Positions 39,228 through 48,604 of a stretch of 64,000 bases of DNA are shown here, in pieces (the first letter of the stretch is position 1; the number at the start of each line of letters is the position of its first letter). The translations under genes and the position numbers were made by a program. This stretch comes from Candidatus Hadarchaeota archaeon (GTDB taxonomy: Archaea; CAYQAE01; CAYVLA01): contig CAZUNO010000006.1 of assembly GCA_964621445.1 (NCBI GenBank), positions 22,011 through 86,010 of the forward strand. The letters run 5' to 3'. The notes below the pieces were generated by a model. The model had not been told where the DNA came from, did not search any database, and saw only the letters and a program-made list of their open reading frames with translations.

Positions 39228-41681
39228 TCATAAGGGCCTTAGACGCAGGGAGTCGAGATCTATGGGTTTGGAGAAAAGCATATCGATGTCCAAAGACGAA
39301 GGCGGAATTTCAACTGTATGGGACGTCCACTCCTTTGATTGGGGCAACATGACTTGTTTGTCCCATCTTGAATTGGAGAGGGTGATGGTGAGCTTCTCCG
39401 GTGCCCTGTAACTCAGGGTCAACTCAACTCCGTTTTCGCTGAGCATTGATTGAATCTCTGCCACCGCTCCTGATTCTCCGTTTCTGTAGGTGATTGCTGG
39501 GCTGGAATCATCAGTTCTTTGAGCGCTCCAACCGCTTTTTAGGAATGCTCCAGGGCGATGTCGGAGAGGATTGGTATCCCAGGAGGTGCCGACATTGGTA
39601 AGGAAACTGGAAGGTGTTAGGAAGGCGTTGCGTATCTCGATTGAATTATCAAGGCTGAGAAGTATTTGGCTAGAGCCCATGTGGGGAGGTATTGTGAATG
39701 CGTGGATCGTCCAATTCTGAGATTCCTCCACCTTGGCGAATTGAACGGTAAAGGAGTTTGAAACGTCGATAACGGCTCCATTTTCTGATCTGTACTCCAT
39801 GGTAACCACCCATGGAATGCGCGTGTCCACATTATTGATGATGACCGGGTTATTTTTGCCGATCTGCCAGGTCCCGTTATTTCCCCTCCTCTCAGCGTAT
39901 ATGCCGGGGCGAGCCCTGGCCCGGGCATCGTCCTGAATTTCAAATATCGTCTCATCCGTATATATGCAGATGTCCGAGACCCAGGCGACCTCCGTGAGTT
40001 GTGCTTCCAGAATCTTGATCCTGGTGCCCGAAAGGGGCAATTTCCAGTGACCAACCTTCCAAGCTCCCTGGGCTTCGAGTCCCCCCACCTCCTTCCAGCC
40101 GGTCTTGGTTTTCATGGAAACCGTGCCGGGGTGATAGGTAAGATATCGGATGGCCAGGATGTAGTCCTTGGAGTTGTCAACCCCCTGCAGAGATATCGTT
40201 GCTCCGGGAGGTGCAAGCCGGCATGATTCATCATATACGGTGTCTACCGGCCCCCAGGAACCGGACTCCATCTTGATTGGCGAGTCCGATGTCCGGTTTG
40301 AAACATCCAGATGTATTATTGAGGGAACCGGGTGGTGTCTGTCCTTCACGAAACGTCCCAACACCTCATAGCTTTGGCGAACAACCGAGTTCTCACTGCG
40401 GAACATTTCTGCCGGGAAAACGTAGTAGGCAAGAGGTTTCCTCATGTAGAGGTGAAAAAGACCTCCGTCAAGGTAGTGGTAGAAGTTGTTTATTGCACTC
40501 ATATCTCCGGTTAAAAGACGTCCGGGGTCCAGTTCTATCTCTATGGATACCCCCAGATCCTTAGCAGCTTCCGCTATGCGATCCAAATCGCGTCTTTCCC
40601 TCCATTTACCGGTAACCCGGTCCCTGAAGGCATGGTTGGGCTGGATCCAGACGTAATCAAAAAGGAGATCTCCCGACCGGTAGTCCTCCAGATCTTCAAG
40701 GTTCTTTTCGGAATTGTAGGGTATCCAGTAGAGGTCGAGGTCCCGGGATTCCAGTTGACCTGAGAGAGCGTTAACTAGCTCCCTGTCCCCCTGAAACAGT
40801 TCCTCCCTTATCCAGTAGAAGCCTATGAGCTCCAGATTTCTGTATTGTTCCATCTTCCAACGTTTTATCACCTGATCGGTGAACCATTGACATGCACTGA
40901 GTCGAGCGTCAAGGTAGGGTTTCCCATTGGGTGATCGGAAGCTTATCCTTTCTTCGGAATCGTCTTCTGGATTGAAGTCCGTGACCCTGGGATCTGGATA
41001 GGGTATTGAGATAATTACTCCCTTCTTCGAGGGTCGGCCGAGCTCCTTTTCGGCGGCATATATCTCGCTATTTAAGGCATCCATTTGCTGTTCCTGGGCG
41101 AACAGCTTATCTATCCACCATTGCCATTCCTGATTTCGGGATTGACCTCGGAAGTTTGTCTTCGAGGCTGATGACAGGGAGAGGAAGAGATAGGAGTCAA
41201 AAAGCCATTCCCGGCTGCGGCCGTCCTTGTCAAGATAGGATACGTAGGGTGCCAGGTAATCCTGATCAACCGTGTATTTTCCCTTTTGACTGGGAACGAA
41301 AACCAGGGCGAGGTCGTTTATGCCCTCGAATGAAGTGGGGGAAGCTGGTGCCTGGCTCATTTTTACGGCGACCAGGGATAGAGTGAAGAGGAGCAGAAGG
41401 AGCGAAATTGCTAAGCTTCGTATGGAGACCGGCCTTGACCTATCGGCCCGGTTCAATGTCTGATGGAGGTTTTTCATTGGGTTTAGGGATAGACCAGTTT
41501 GGGAAGTGGAGTGCATGGTCTCGGTACAGTTCCTGCAAAGAACCTCCCGTGGGTGCGTTCCTGTAAAATCAAGGGAACCGCTCTGGTCTTCGAAGAGGGG
41601 ACCACCACAGCGTGTACAGTAGGTGAAACTGCGGTCCCCTAGCTGTCTTTCGGGAGATACCCACACGGATTTGCGTTCCAC
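39228..41681 (-). CDS. Membrane-anchored DUF4855-like protein with N-terminal zinc ribbon and C-terminal beta-rich domains
   Basis: CTRC...CRNC, TM helix, then PYVSYLD...WLFDSYLFL, IPYP, LELIGFYW, LYWIPY, QPN, IEIE, YLDGG. Confidence 0.8.
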   Translation of the reverse strand: MERKSVWVSPERQLGDRSFTYCTRCGGPLFEDQSGSLDFTGTHPREVLCRNCTETMHSTSQTGLSLNPMKNLHQTLNRADRSRPVSIRSLAISLLLLLFTLSLVAVKMSQAPASPTSFEGINDLALVFVPSQKGKYTVDQDYLAPYVSYLDKDGRSREWLFDSYLFLSLSSASKTNFRGQSRNQEWQWWIDKLFAQEQQMDALNSEIYAAEKELGRPSKKGVIISIPYPDPRVTDFNPEDDSEERISFRSPNGKPYLDARLSACQWFTDQVIKRWKMEQYRNLELIGFYWIREELFQGDRELVNALSGQLESRDLDLYWIPYNSEKNLEDLEDYRSGDLLFDYVWIQPNHAFRDRVTGKWRERRDLDRIAEAAKDLGVSIEIELDPGRLLTGDMSAINNFYHYLDGGLFHLYMRKPLAYYVFPAEMFRSENSVVRQSYEVLGRFVKDRHHPVPSIIHLDVSNRTSDSPIKMESGSWGPVDTVYDESCRLAPPGATISLQGVDNSKDYILAIRYLTYHPGTVSMKTKTGWKEVGGLEAQGAWKVGHWKLPLSGTRIKILEAQLTEVAWVSDICIYTDETIFEIQDDARARARPGIYAERRGNNGTWQIGKNNPVIINNVDTRIPWVVTMEYRSENGAVIDVSNSFTVQFAKVEESQNWTIHAFTIPPHMGSSQILLSLDNSIEIRNAFLTPSSFLTNVGTSWDTNPLRHRPGAFLKSGWSAQRTDDSSPAITYRNGESGAVAEIQSMLSENGVELTLSYRAPEKLTITLSNSRWDKQVMLPQSKEWTSHTVEIPPSSLDIDMLFSKPIDLDSLRLRPL

Positions 41682-41790
41682 TAACTAGCCGGAGAATTTC
41701 GGGTTAAGAATGATTACGTACAGCCCCTTTGTGTCTGGATATGGCACTAAAATATAAGTCCGGGGCTCATGGCATTGGTGGAGAAGACCC

Positions 41791-43722
41791 ATGGTTTATT
41801 TGCTCGAACCCGATGGTCCTGGCCCTCTAGTTGAGGATGTCTGGCCCAGCCTTTTCTACTCCGAGGAACGTCTGCCTGAGATGAAGAGGAAGATCAACGA
41901 ACTGAAATGGGCCAAGAAAACATTTCGTAAAATGTTGAGGGAAGCGGATTCCCTCCTGGACGAGGAACCGGTTCTGGCAGATGGAAGGCCTGGATGGCGG
42001 CACGATTTCTACTCTCCAGTTTCCGCTGAACATCTCCTGTTCGATTCTCGGAGAAATGGAGGGTTCAAGGACCCGATCACGGGGACAAAATCTTATAGCC
42101 AGGATCAATACTCGGCTTGGGTTCTACTCCAGCACGAACGCACATATCGTATTATGCGAAGCCTTTCCTTCCTGTACAGGTTAACCGGGAAGGGACAATA
42201 CCTGTCCTGGGTCATCAAAGGTTTGGATGAGGCGGTTAGATTCTTTGACAATCCGCCAAGAAACCACGAGAGATACGGGGCAATTTACTTCCAACCCCTC
42301 TACGATGCACAGATTATGCTTCTCCTTTCCAATATATATCGCCTCGTCGGTGACCAATATCAGGAGGATCGGCGGGAATCCATAGAGAGGGTTTTTGAGA
42401 GTGGATCCGTCAGTCTCCTCAGGTATGTAAAAGGCGCCAGGGTGCATAATATTACCTGTTACGTTTCGGCGGCCATTGGCACCCTTGGAATAATTCTGGG
42501 GAGGGAGGACTGGATTGATATGGTCCTTTCGGAGAAGGATGTGGGGCTTAGAGGTCTTCTAGGGAAGGGATTGAGGAGAAGAGAGGAAAAGGAGCCGGAT
42601 GGATTCTGGTATGAGGGGACCACCTTCTACCACCTATATGCCATGTTCCCTCTCATATCCCTGTTTGAGATGGCTAAAGCCAAGGACATCGACGGTGAGG
42701 AGCTGGAAAATATGAAAAGGTCCTTGAGGGTCATGTTCTGGGCGTTAATTAGAATTGCTGGGCCGGACTTCGAACTGCCATCCCTGGGGGATCTGGGGTC
42801 TTCCACCATAAATGATCTCCGTCGGTGGCATCACCTTTACGAGTACGGGGCCGGAATGCTCGATTCCGGACTCTCCGGGTATCTTTCTGCCTTTCTTCAA
42901 AGCCAACAGGACCGTGGAATGTCGGCGTTGGCCTTTGGACCCGATGATCTATCGCCGCCGGCCTCCCCGGAGTTCAGGGGAGTGATGAAGGACAGCGGCC
43001 TTGCGGTTTTAGGATCCGACAGCAATGACGGAGATTTCCGCGTATTATTCAAACCTGGACCTCATGGAGGCGGACATGACCACCTGGATAAGCTCCAAGT
43101 GATCCTTAATACCTTTGGTAGTGGAATAGCCCCCGATATAGGTACATCCGGATACTCTCTAAGAAAATTCAAGAAATATTGCGTAAGCACTCTGGCCCAT
43201 AATACGCTTATGGTTGATGATGCCAACCAGGATAGGGTATCGGATTCCGATATCCGGTTGGGCAGGGATGGGTGCCCGGTCGGAATTGTACGTGACGCCT
43301 ACCCCGGAGTAGAGATGAAACGGGTTGTTTGCCTTGATCCGCCACACCTATATCTTGAGGACAGCTTAAGGTCAGAGGATAGCCACATCTACTCCTGGAT
43401 ATTTCACGCCAGGGGATCATTGGAGATGACTGGTGGGGAGAACAATGCTTCCCATAACTCGTCACTGCCCAAGGATGGAATTTTTTCATTTCTAACCGAA
43501 CGCCGTTCGTTTGGACCGCTGAGGAAGGCGGAGGCATTTTGGCACTCGTCAGAGGGCATCGATCTTAGTCTGAGGATGTCCTGGGATTCGGATTTCGAGG
43601 TGATCACCGCTAAAAGTCCAAATAATCCTCTAGATGGCTACCTGGGAACTCTGATAGCACGAGGGAGGGCCGAGAAAGTCGGTATCAAATCCGTATTCAC
43701 CGTTAGCAGGGACGGCAACTGA
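41791..43722 (+). CDS. Heparinase II/III / oligo-alginate lyase-like protein
   Basis: HNIT, DGFWYEG...YHLY, GPHGGGHDHLDKL, PDIGTSGY, STLAHNT. Confidence 0.87.
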   Translation: MVYLLEPDGPGPLVEDVWPSLFYSEERLPEMKRKINELKWAKKTFRKMLREADSLLDEEPVLADGRPGWRHDFYSPVSAEHLLFDSRRNGGFKDPITGTKSYSQDQYSAWVLLQHERTYRIMRSLSFLYRLTGKGQYLSWVIKGLDEAVRFFDNPPRNHERYGAIYFQPLYDAQIMLLLSNIYRLVGDQYQEDRRESIERVFESGSVSLLRYVKGARVHNITCYVSAAIGTLGIILGREDWIDMVLSEKDVGLRGLLGKGLRRREEKEPDGFWYEGTTFYHLYAMFPLISLFEMAKAKDIDGEELENMKRSLRVMFWALIRIAGPDFELPSLGDLGSSTINDLRRWHHLYEYGAGMLDSGLSGYLSAFLQSQQDRGMSALAFGPDDLSPPASPEFRGVMKDSGLAVLGSDSNDGDFRVLFKPGPHGGGHDHLDKLQVILNTFGSGIAPDIGTSGYSLRKFKKYCVSTLAHNTLMVDDANQDRVSDSDIRLGRDGCPVGIVRDAYPGVEMKRVVCLDPPHLYLEDSLRSEDSHIYSWIFHARGSLEMTGGENNASHNSSLPKDGIFSFLTERRSFGPLRKAEAFWHSSEGIDLSLRMSWDSDFEVITAKSPNNPLDGYLGTLIARGRAEKVGIKSVFTVSRDGN

Positions 43723-43730
43723 TTTATTAA
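43723..43730 (+). promoter_or_regulatory. TATA box, probable leaderless promoter
   Basis: TTTATTAA 22 nt before TTG 43753. Confidence 0.5.
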
Positions 43731-43752
43731 GGAGAAGGGGGGTGAACCCACA

Positions 43753-44946
43753 TTGCTGGGGAGAGTTTCAGGCATTCTTTGCATCCTGCCACTCCTCCTA
43801 ACCCCTTTGTGCCTAGGGAGGGTGGGTCCTGGTGGAGTGATTCGAACAATCTGTTTTGGGGATGTGGTGGATCAGTACGGTGGCTTCAATTCCTATGTGG
43901 TCGTAAGAAATGATCCGGCAATTGACACTACCCTGGTGCCCACCAGGCCAGGGTACCTGGGTTCGGTTGAGGCGGCACTGAGGAATATGCGGATCTACAT
44001 GCCAAGGAGCTATCAGAACCTAATCGATGAACAGGACCTGATAGTTACCAGCGACACTGATCGCGGCGTGTTTAGTAGCCAATGGATCGACTGGCTTGCA
44101 AGATCGGTAACTGATGGTGGGCTTTCTCTTGAGTGGCTTGGTAGCATTAAAAGCAATAATTTCGAGAGCTGGGAGGGAACCACCCTCGCCAACATAGCAC
44201 CGGTCAGGCCGGGAGGACAGCTGGATCTAAGGGGGTCTTTCAAGCTAATCATCCAGGACAGGGATGAGGAGCTGATGAACGCCTTGCCCTGGGACAAGGC
44301 ACCCCCACTCCTCAGGCTCAACACGCAAATACCGAGGGGAGAGGGAGAGGAGGTATGGGCAACGTCAAACACTCCGAGAGATTATCCTTTCCTCACCTAT
44401 TGGGAGATTGGTCAGGGATCTGTGCTATGTTTCGCGACCAAATTCCCAAACGGACTCGATCTGTGGGTTAGGGATTGGCCATATTTCCAACAGTCAATGA
44501 TCTATATGGTTTACAGGGCCTCCGGAAAGGACCTGCCCAGCGATCCTTCCCTAATGCAGCACATATACTCCCTCTTCTTCGAATACGGGGAAACGGAATC
44601 CACAGTGTTCTCGGTCATCTCATTCGTGGAGGATTTTGGTGGGCAGGTTCAGGGACTTCACCGCAGAATGGATGAGATGAGCGATATGAAAATTAGGGCA
44701 GATAGGGCATACATGGAAGCAAGATATGATGAGTGCGTTGAAATAATGACTGAGATTGGAGCCGAGCAAAATTCAATAATGGAGGCGGCCCTGGAGGCGA
44801 GGGATTCTGCCCTCCTCTGGGTTTATATAATAGAATGGTGTGCGGTCAGTGGGGCTTTACTGATGGCCGGATTCTTCCTATGGGCGGTCATGATCCGTCG
44901 CAGGCTCTACAGGGAGGTCCGCACAACGAAAACTCACGAACGATGA
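43753..44946 (+). CDS. Family A single-pass surface protein, closest paralog of 2355..3572
   Basis: IRTICFGD...VPTRPGYLG...ALRNMRIYMPRSY; ALLWVYIIEW...GFFLWAVMIRRRLYREV. Confidence 0.86.
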   Translation: MLGRVSGILCILPLLLTPLCLGRVGPGGVIRTICFGDVVDQYGGFNSYVVVRNDPAIDTTLVPTRPGYLGSVEAALRNMRIYMPRSYQNLIDEQDLIVTSDTDRGVFSSQWIDWLARSVTDGGLSLEWLGSIKSNNFESWEGTTLANIAPVRPGGQLDLRGSFKLIIQDRDEELMNALPWDKAPPLLRLNTQIPRGEGEEVWATSNTPRDYPFLTYWEIGQGSVLCFATKFPNGLDLWVRDWPYFQQSMIYMVYRASGKDLPSDPSLMQHIYSLFFEYGETESTVFSVISFVEDFGGQVQGLHRRMDEMSDMKIRADRAYMEARYDECVEIMTEIGAEQNSIMEAALEARDSALLWVYIIEWCAVSGALLMAGFFLWAVMIRRRLYREVRTTKTHER

Positions 44947-44993
44947 GATCTCCGCAGGGCTCTGTTCCAGTACTAATTGGAGATTTAGGTTAT

Positions 44994-45884
44994 CTATTCC
45001 TCGATGAAAAGTGGATTGGACCAGGCCTTCCTCCCCTTATCGTCTACGATTTCGATCCTTACGTAGCCCCGAGGAGAGAACCATTGGGGAAGGCGGGATT
45101 TAGTGAGAAGTTGCTGGCTGTTGGAGTATTCCACATGGCCACATGGACCCCTGGTTCTCCATCGAATCGATTTAACCGGGGTGCATTCTATTTCGATACC
45201 TGAATCGTTGGCCTCTATGGACGTGAATTTGGGGCCACAAGTTGAGTAGAAACGGCCCTGCTTGAGGGAATCGAGAACGTGTGCTGGGCTGCGTTCTCTG
45301 GTCCAGATTTCGACCCAGGCCCTTCCAGCACTTGAAAAGTAGCGCTTCTCGGGATTGAGATGGGCATCATCCGAGGCTACTCCCCAGATTCTCCTTCCAC
45401 TCCCCAGGAGCATATCCCACAGTTCGGTGGAGATTCCGTTTCCATAGGCCTCCTCGCAATAGGCGTTGTATATCTCGAGTGCCATCAAGTGGCCGCAATC
45501 AAGGTACACCTCTGGCAGGGCGGCGGAGTAGGTCGGGTGGGCCCCGATTGTGAATGCGCCCTGATCAGATAGAATCCTGGCCTTTCTATAAAAGGGAAAA
45601 GATGGGTCCGGAGTGTCGGTTACCCCGATGCCAAGTATGTCCGGCTGACCCCCCACCTCCACTCCATCAATTGTAATCATGGACCCCGTCGTGATGTTCC
45701 CTATGGGGGTAACCATCCTGTGATCGGTTATCGCCACACATTGAAATCCCTGGCTGCGATATTCTTCAACCGTATTCTCCGGGGATAGACCGCCGTCGGA
45801 ATGATCGCTGTGACAGTGAAGTCCGGTCTTTACCCAGACACCATCCCCACCAAGTGTAAGGGATTCGAATTTATTGGAGCACAA
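44994..45884 (-). CDS. PHP-domain metallohydrolase (CehA/McbA-like)
   Basis: LHCHSDHSDG, AITDH, AHP, LEIYN, ASDDAH, AWSNP. Confidence 0.9.
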   Translation of the reverse strand: MCSNKFESLTLGGDGVWVKTGLHCHSDHSDGGLSPENTVEEYRSQGFQCVAITDHRMVTPIGNITTGSMITIDGVEVGGQPDILGIGVTDTPDPSFPFYRKARILSDQGAFTIGAHPTYSAALPEVYLDCGHLMALEIYNAYCEEAYGNGISTELWDMLLGSGRRIWGVASDDAHLNPEKRYFSSAGRAWVEIWTRERSPAHVLDSLKQGRFYSTCGPKFTSIEANDSGIEIECTPVKSIRWRTRGPCGHVEYSNSQQLLTKSRLPQWFSPRGYVRIEIVDDKGRKAWSNPLFIEE

Positions 45885-46024
45885 GGAAACACACCCTGGT
45901 TAGAAGTAATATCTCCCGTAAATGTGTTCTCCAGATGGCAGTGAGATTATTTTTATCAATGCGGTATACCGCCGGTTCCGGTTCGTTTCAGTCAACACAT
46001 AAGAAGCGTTCCGGGTATTAGTTA

Positions 46025-46939
46025 ATGGTGTTGGACTTGAGGTCAAAAAGGAGTTTATTGATAATTCTATTAGCCGTTCTGGCAGTAAGCATACCATTGG
46101 CAGTTCTGGGACAGGAATTGCTCGAGGGCGAGGAAACTGCTGAAGATGAGTCAACTGAATTAATGCTGATGGTCGAGAATAAAGAAGAGAAGGGCGAAGG
46201 TCCTCCCATGAGGCCTCCTTTACAGCCCAGGAAAAGGCGATGGCGTGAAGGCAAAGGGGGTATTTTGCCGGCCGAAAGGGTAGATGAGATTGTGGAAGAA
46301 CTTGACCTTACGGAACAGGAGAAGGCGAGATTGGAGGAGCTGATGGACGATATCGAGGTTCTTCATGATGAACTTGAGGAAAAGAGGACGGAAATATGGG
46401 AGATCCTAAAGCCAAAACTGAAGGAGAGAGCGGAGCAGGAACGGGATGAATGTCAGGAAGCGTCCGATGAAGTAAAGGATATGGCTGACGAGATAAAGGA
46501 ACTGTACGAGAAGCTCAAGGAAGCCATAGCTGACGGAGAGGATTCTGAAGCGGAGGAGATAAAGGAGGAAATCGCTGAGAAAAGGGAGGCTCTCAGGGAT
46601 ATGTTCAGGGAACGGGTTGATGAATGCCGGGGTCCCTGGCAACGCAGAATTCGCGAGAAAGTTGAAAAGGTGAGATCAAGGAGAGATCTAGGGGAAATCG
46701 TCAGGAAAGCGTTGAGTGAAATCAAGGAATCAGACGATGAGGATTCTATCTCGCCCATAAAACAACGAATCTCGGATATTCGAGAGGGAATTCAACAGGC
46801 AATGAAGAGTGGTGATGAGGAATCATTGGATGAACTTCGGAATAGAATCAGGGAAATTGCGAATGATATACGTTCCTATTTGGATGATAGAGGACTACGT
46901 TGCCCCTTCGCTGAGTGTACGGAGTCCGCTGGTGACTGA
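46025..46939 (+). CDS. Exported highly charged coiled-coil protein
   Basis: N-terminal signal/TM followed by E/K/R-rich helices. Confidence 0.75.
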   Translation: MVLDLRSKRSLLIILLAVLAVSIPLAVLGQELLEGEETAEDESTELMLMVENKEEKGEGPPMRPPLQPRKRRWREGKGGILPAERVDEIVEELDLTEQEKARLEELMDDIEVLHDELEEKRTEIWEILKPKLKERAEQERDECQEASDEVKDMADEIKELYEKLKEAIADGEDSEAEEIKEEIAEKREALRDMFRERVDECRGPWQRRIREKVEKVRSRRDLGEIVRKALSEIKESDDEDSISPIKQRISDIREGIQQAMKSGDEESLDELRNRIREIANDIRSYLDDRGLRCPFAECTESAGD

Positions 46940-46958
46940 TGATCGAGATGGGTAAATA

Positions 46959-47615
46959 ATGGAAAAGAAAAAGCGATTGGCGATCATAGTAACCATTCTT
47001 GCGATCCTCCTGATTACAATGGCAATATTTGCCATAAGGAACATCAGGAGTAGGGATAAGGACCTATCCGATTTTCTCGCGGATATATCCGAGGGAGATG
47101 GAGATATGTCGATGGCCGGCGCACCCGCGGTCTTACTTGAGAAGGAATCCGAGAAAGGTTACGAATCACCTCCCGAGGAGGGCAAGGTGTTTATCGTGAA
47201 CCGTAAATATGCGGATCCCGTAACCGTGCGGAGAGCGATGAAGGCAAGAGGTGAAAGGTTTTGGTCCAGGGTAGCAGATGGTGTGAGGAGAGGTGCCCGG
47301 GGTTTCATATGGGTTGGGGGAGAGCCATATCTGCTAGGTCCTTTCAGCTTGGAGGACGGGAGTGGAAGGGCTCATCTTTTGAAAATCGGAACCCAGAAGC
47401 CGGTTGTAGCCGGGGAGATCAACATTAATTCCGTGCAGGGAGAGGTTATAAGCGCTACCCTTCGATTAAAAGACAGGGGATCCTATGACGTATTCATAGC
47501 CCGAGAACATCCCAATGTGACGCTGCTTTTCGAGGAAGTAAGGGAAAGAAACCCGAGTGATAGGAATGATGCGCTTAAAGCGATCTTAGCCTCCTACGGG
47601 AAAGAGTCAGGATAA
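46959..47615 (+). CDS. Membrane-anchored hypothetical protein
   Basis: MEKKKR plus a hydrophobic helix; starts 19 nt after the previous gene. Confidence 0.72.
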   Translation: MEKKKRLAIIVTILAILLITMAIFAIRNIRSRDKDLSDFLADISEGDGDMSMAGAPAVLLEKESEKGYESPPEEGKVFIVNRKYADPVTVRRAMKARGERFWSRVADGVRRGARGFIWVGGEPYLLGPFSLEDGSGRAHLLKIGTQKPVVAGEININSVQGEVISATLRLKDRGSYDVFIAREHPNVTLLFEEVRERNPSDRNDALKAILASYGKESG

Positions 47616-47720
47616 GCTGCTTCCGCAAATAGACTTAAGCCATTGGTAACGATGATCAGCCTGGGGGGCTCATATCTGGTAGAGAGCTTTACGTGAGCCA
47701 GGAAACCTGGTTATGAAATC

Positions 47721-47912
47721 ATGGAAATAAAACTAGAGGTGGATGGACGCGAGCTGGTGATGAATAGGTTTGTTAGGGAAATACTAACTTCAATGGTCAC
47801 CTGCGCTGTTTTCAATCTCCAGAGAGCGAAGGAAAATGCTGAGAGCAAAGAGATGATCGGTGATAATTGGATGAGCATAGAACTGGAAATATGCAAACAG
47901 TCTGATAATTAA
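47721..47912 (+). CDS. Small protein resembling the C-terminal extension of MobB proteins
   Basis: IKLEVDGRELVMNRFVREIL...IELEI recalls the L-x-V[DN]G-x-x-I-x-[LM]N-x-FV pattern; recognised from memory only. Confidence 0.55.
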   Translation: MEIKLEVDGRELVMNRFVREILTSMVTCAVFNLQRAKENAESKEMIGDNWMSIELEICKQSDN

Positions 47913-47995
47913 TTTCTGAAAGAATATCTCCCTTCATGCAGAGATTCCATTTTGTAGTGGATAAACTTAAACGGTTGATCGCATATGGGTGATCG

Positions 47996-48604
47996 ATGAA
48001 ACCGTCCATTGGCATCCTTGACTGTGGCTCGGGCAACCTAAGAAGCGTTGAAAAGGCGTTTCGTCATCAAGGCTCAAAGCCTGAGGTGTCAGGAAAGATT
48101 GAACTGGAATGGGATGGACTGGTCCTGCCAGGTGTTGGAGCCTTCGGACATGCCATGGCCAACTTGGAAAAGGTTAGAGATGACATCATAACCTATGTGG
48201 AGACTGGAAAACCCTTCCTGGGAATATGTCTTGGTCTGCAGGTTCTTTTTGAGAGCAGCGAAGAGGACCCCGATTCCTCTGGGCTCGGTCTCATCAAGGG
48301 CCAAGTGGTAAGGATCAGGGGGAATAAGGTACCTCATATGGGCTGGAATTCGTTAGATATTAAAATAAAATCTAAAATATTGAATGAAATAAAAACTGGA
48401 GAGTATTTATATTTTGTCCATTCCTATCACGGTGAGCCCGAGGAGGAAGTAACGGTTGCCTCCTGCAGGTACCAGGGCCAGGATTTGACGGCATGTCTGG
48501 AGAGGGATAACATCCACGCTTGTCAGTTTCATCCCGAAAAGAGTGGGGTCCTGGGGCTCCGGATTATTAGCAATTTCGTGGAGATATCCTCTGGAGGGTG
48601 CTGA
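47996..48604 (+). CDS. hisH: Imidazole glycerol phosphate synthase glutamine amidotransferase subunit
   Basis: [41 protein letters not shown]. Confidence 0.96.
   Translation: MKPSIGILDCGSGNLRSVEKAFRHQGSKPEVSGKIELEWDGLVLPGVGAFGHAMANLEKVRDDIITYVETGKPFLGICLGLQVLFESSEEDPDSSGLGLIKGQVVRIRGNKVPHMGWNSLDIKIKSKILNEIKTGEYLYFVHSYHGEPEEEVTVASCRYQGQDLTACLERDNIHACQFHPEKSGVLGLRIISNFVEISSGGC

Noticed and set aside
47663-47720. tRNA-like text (GCTCA...TGGTAGAG)
   Set aside because: No T-arm GTTCRA, acceptor stem or anticodon arm; kept only as a possible structured leader.
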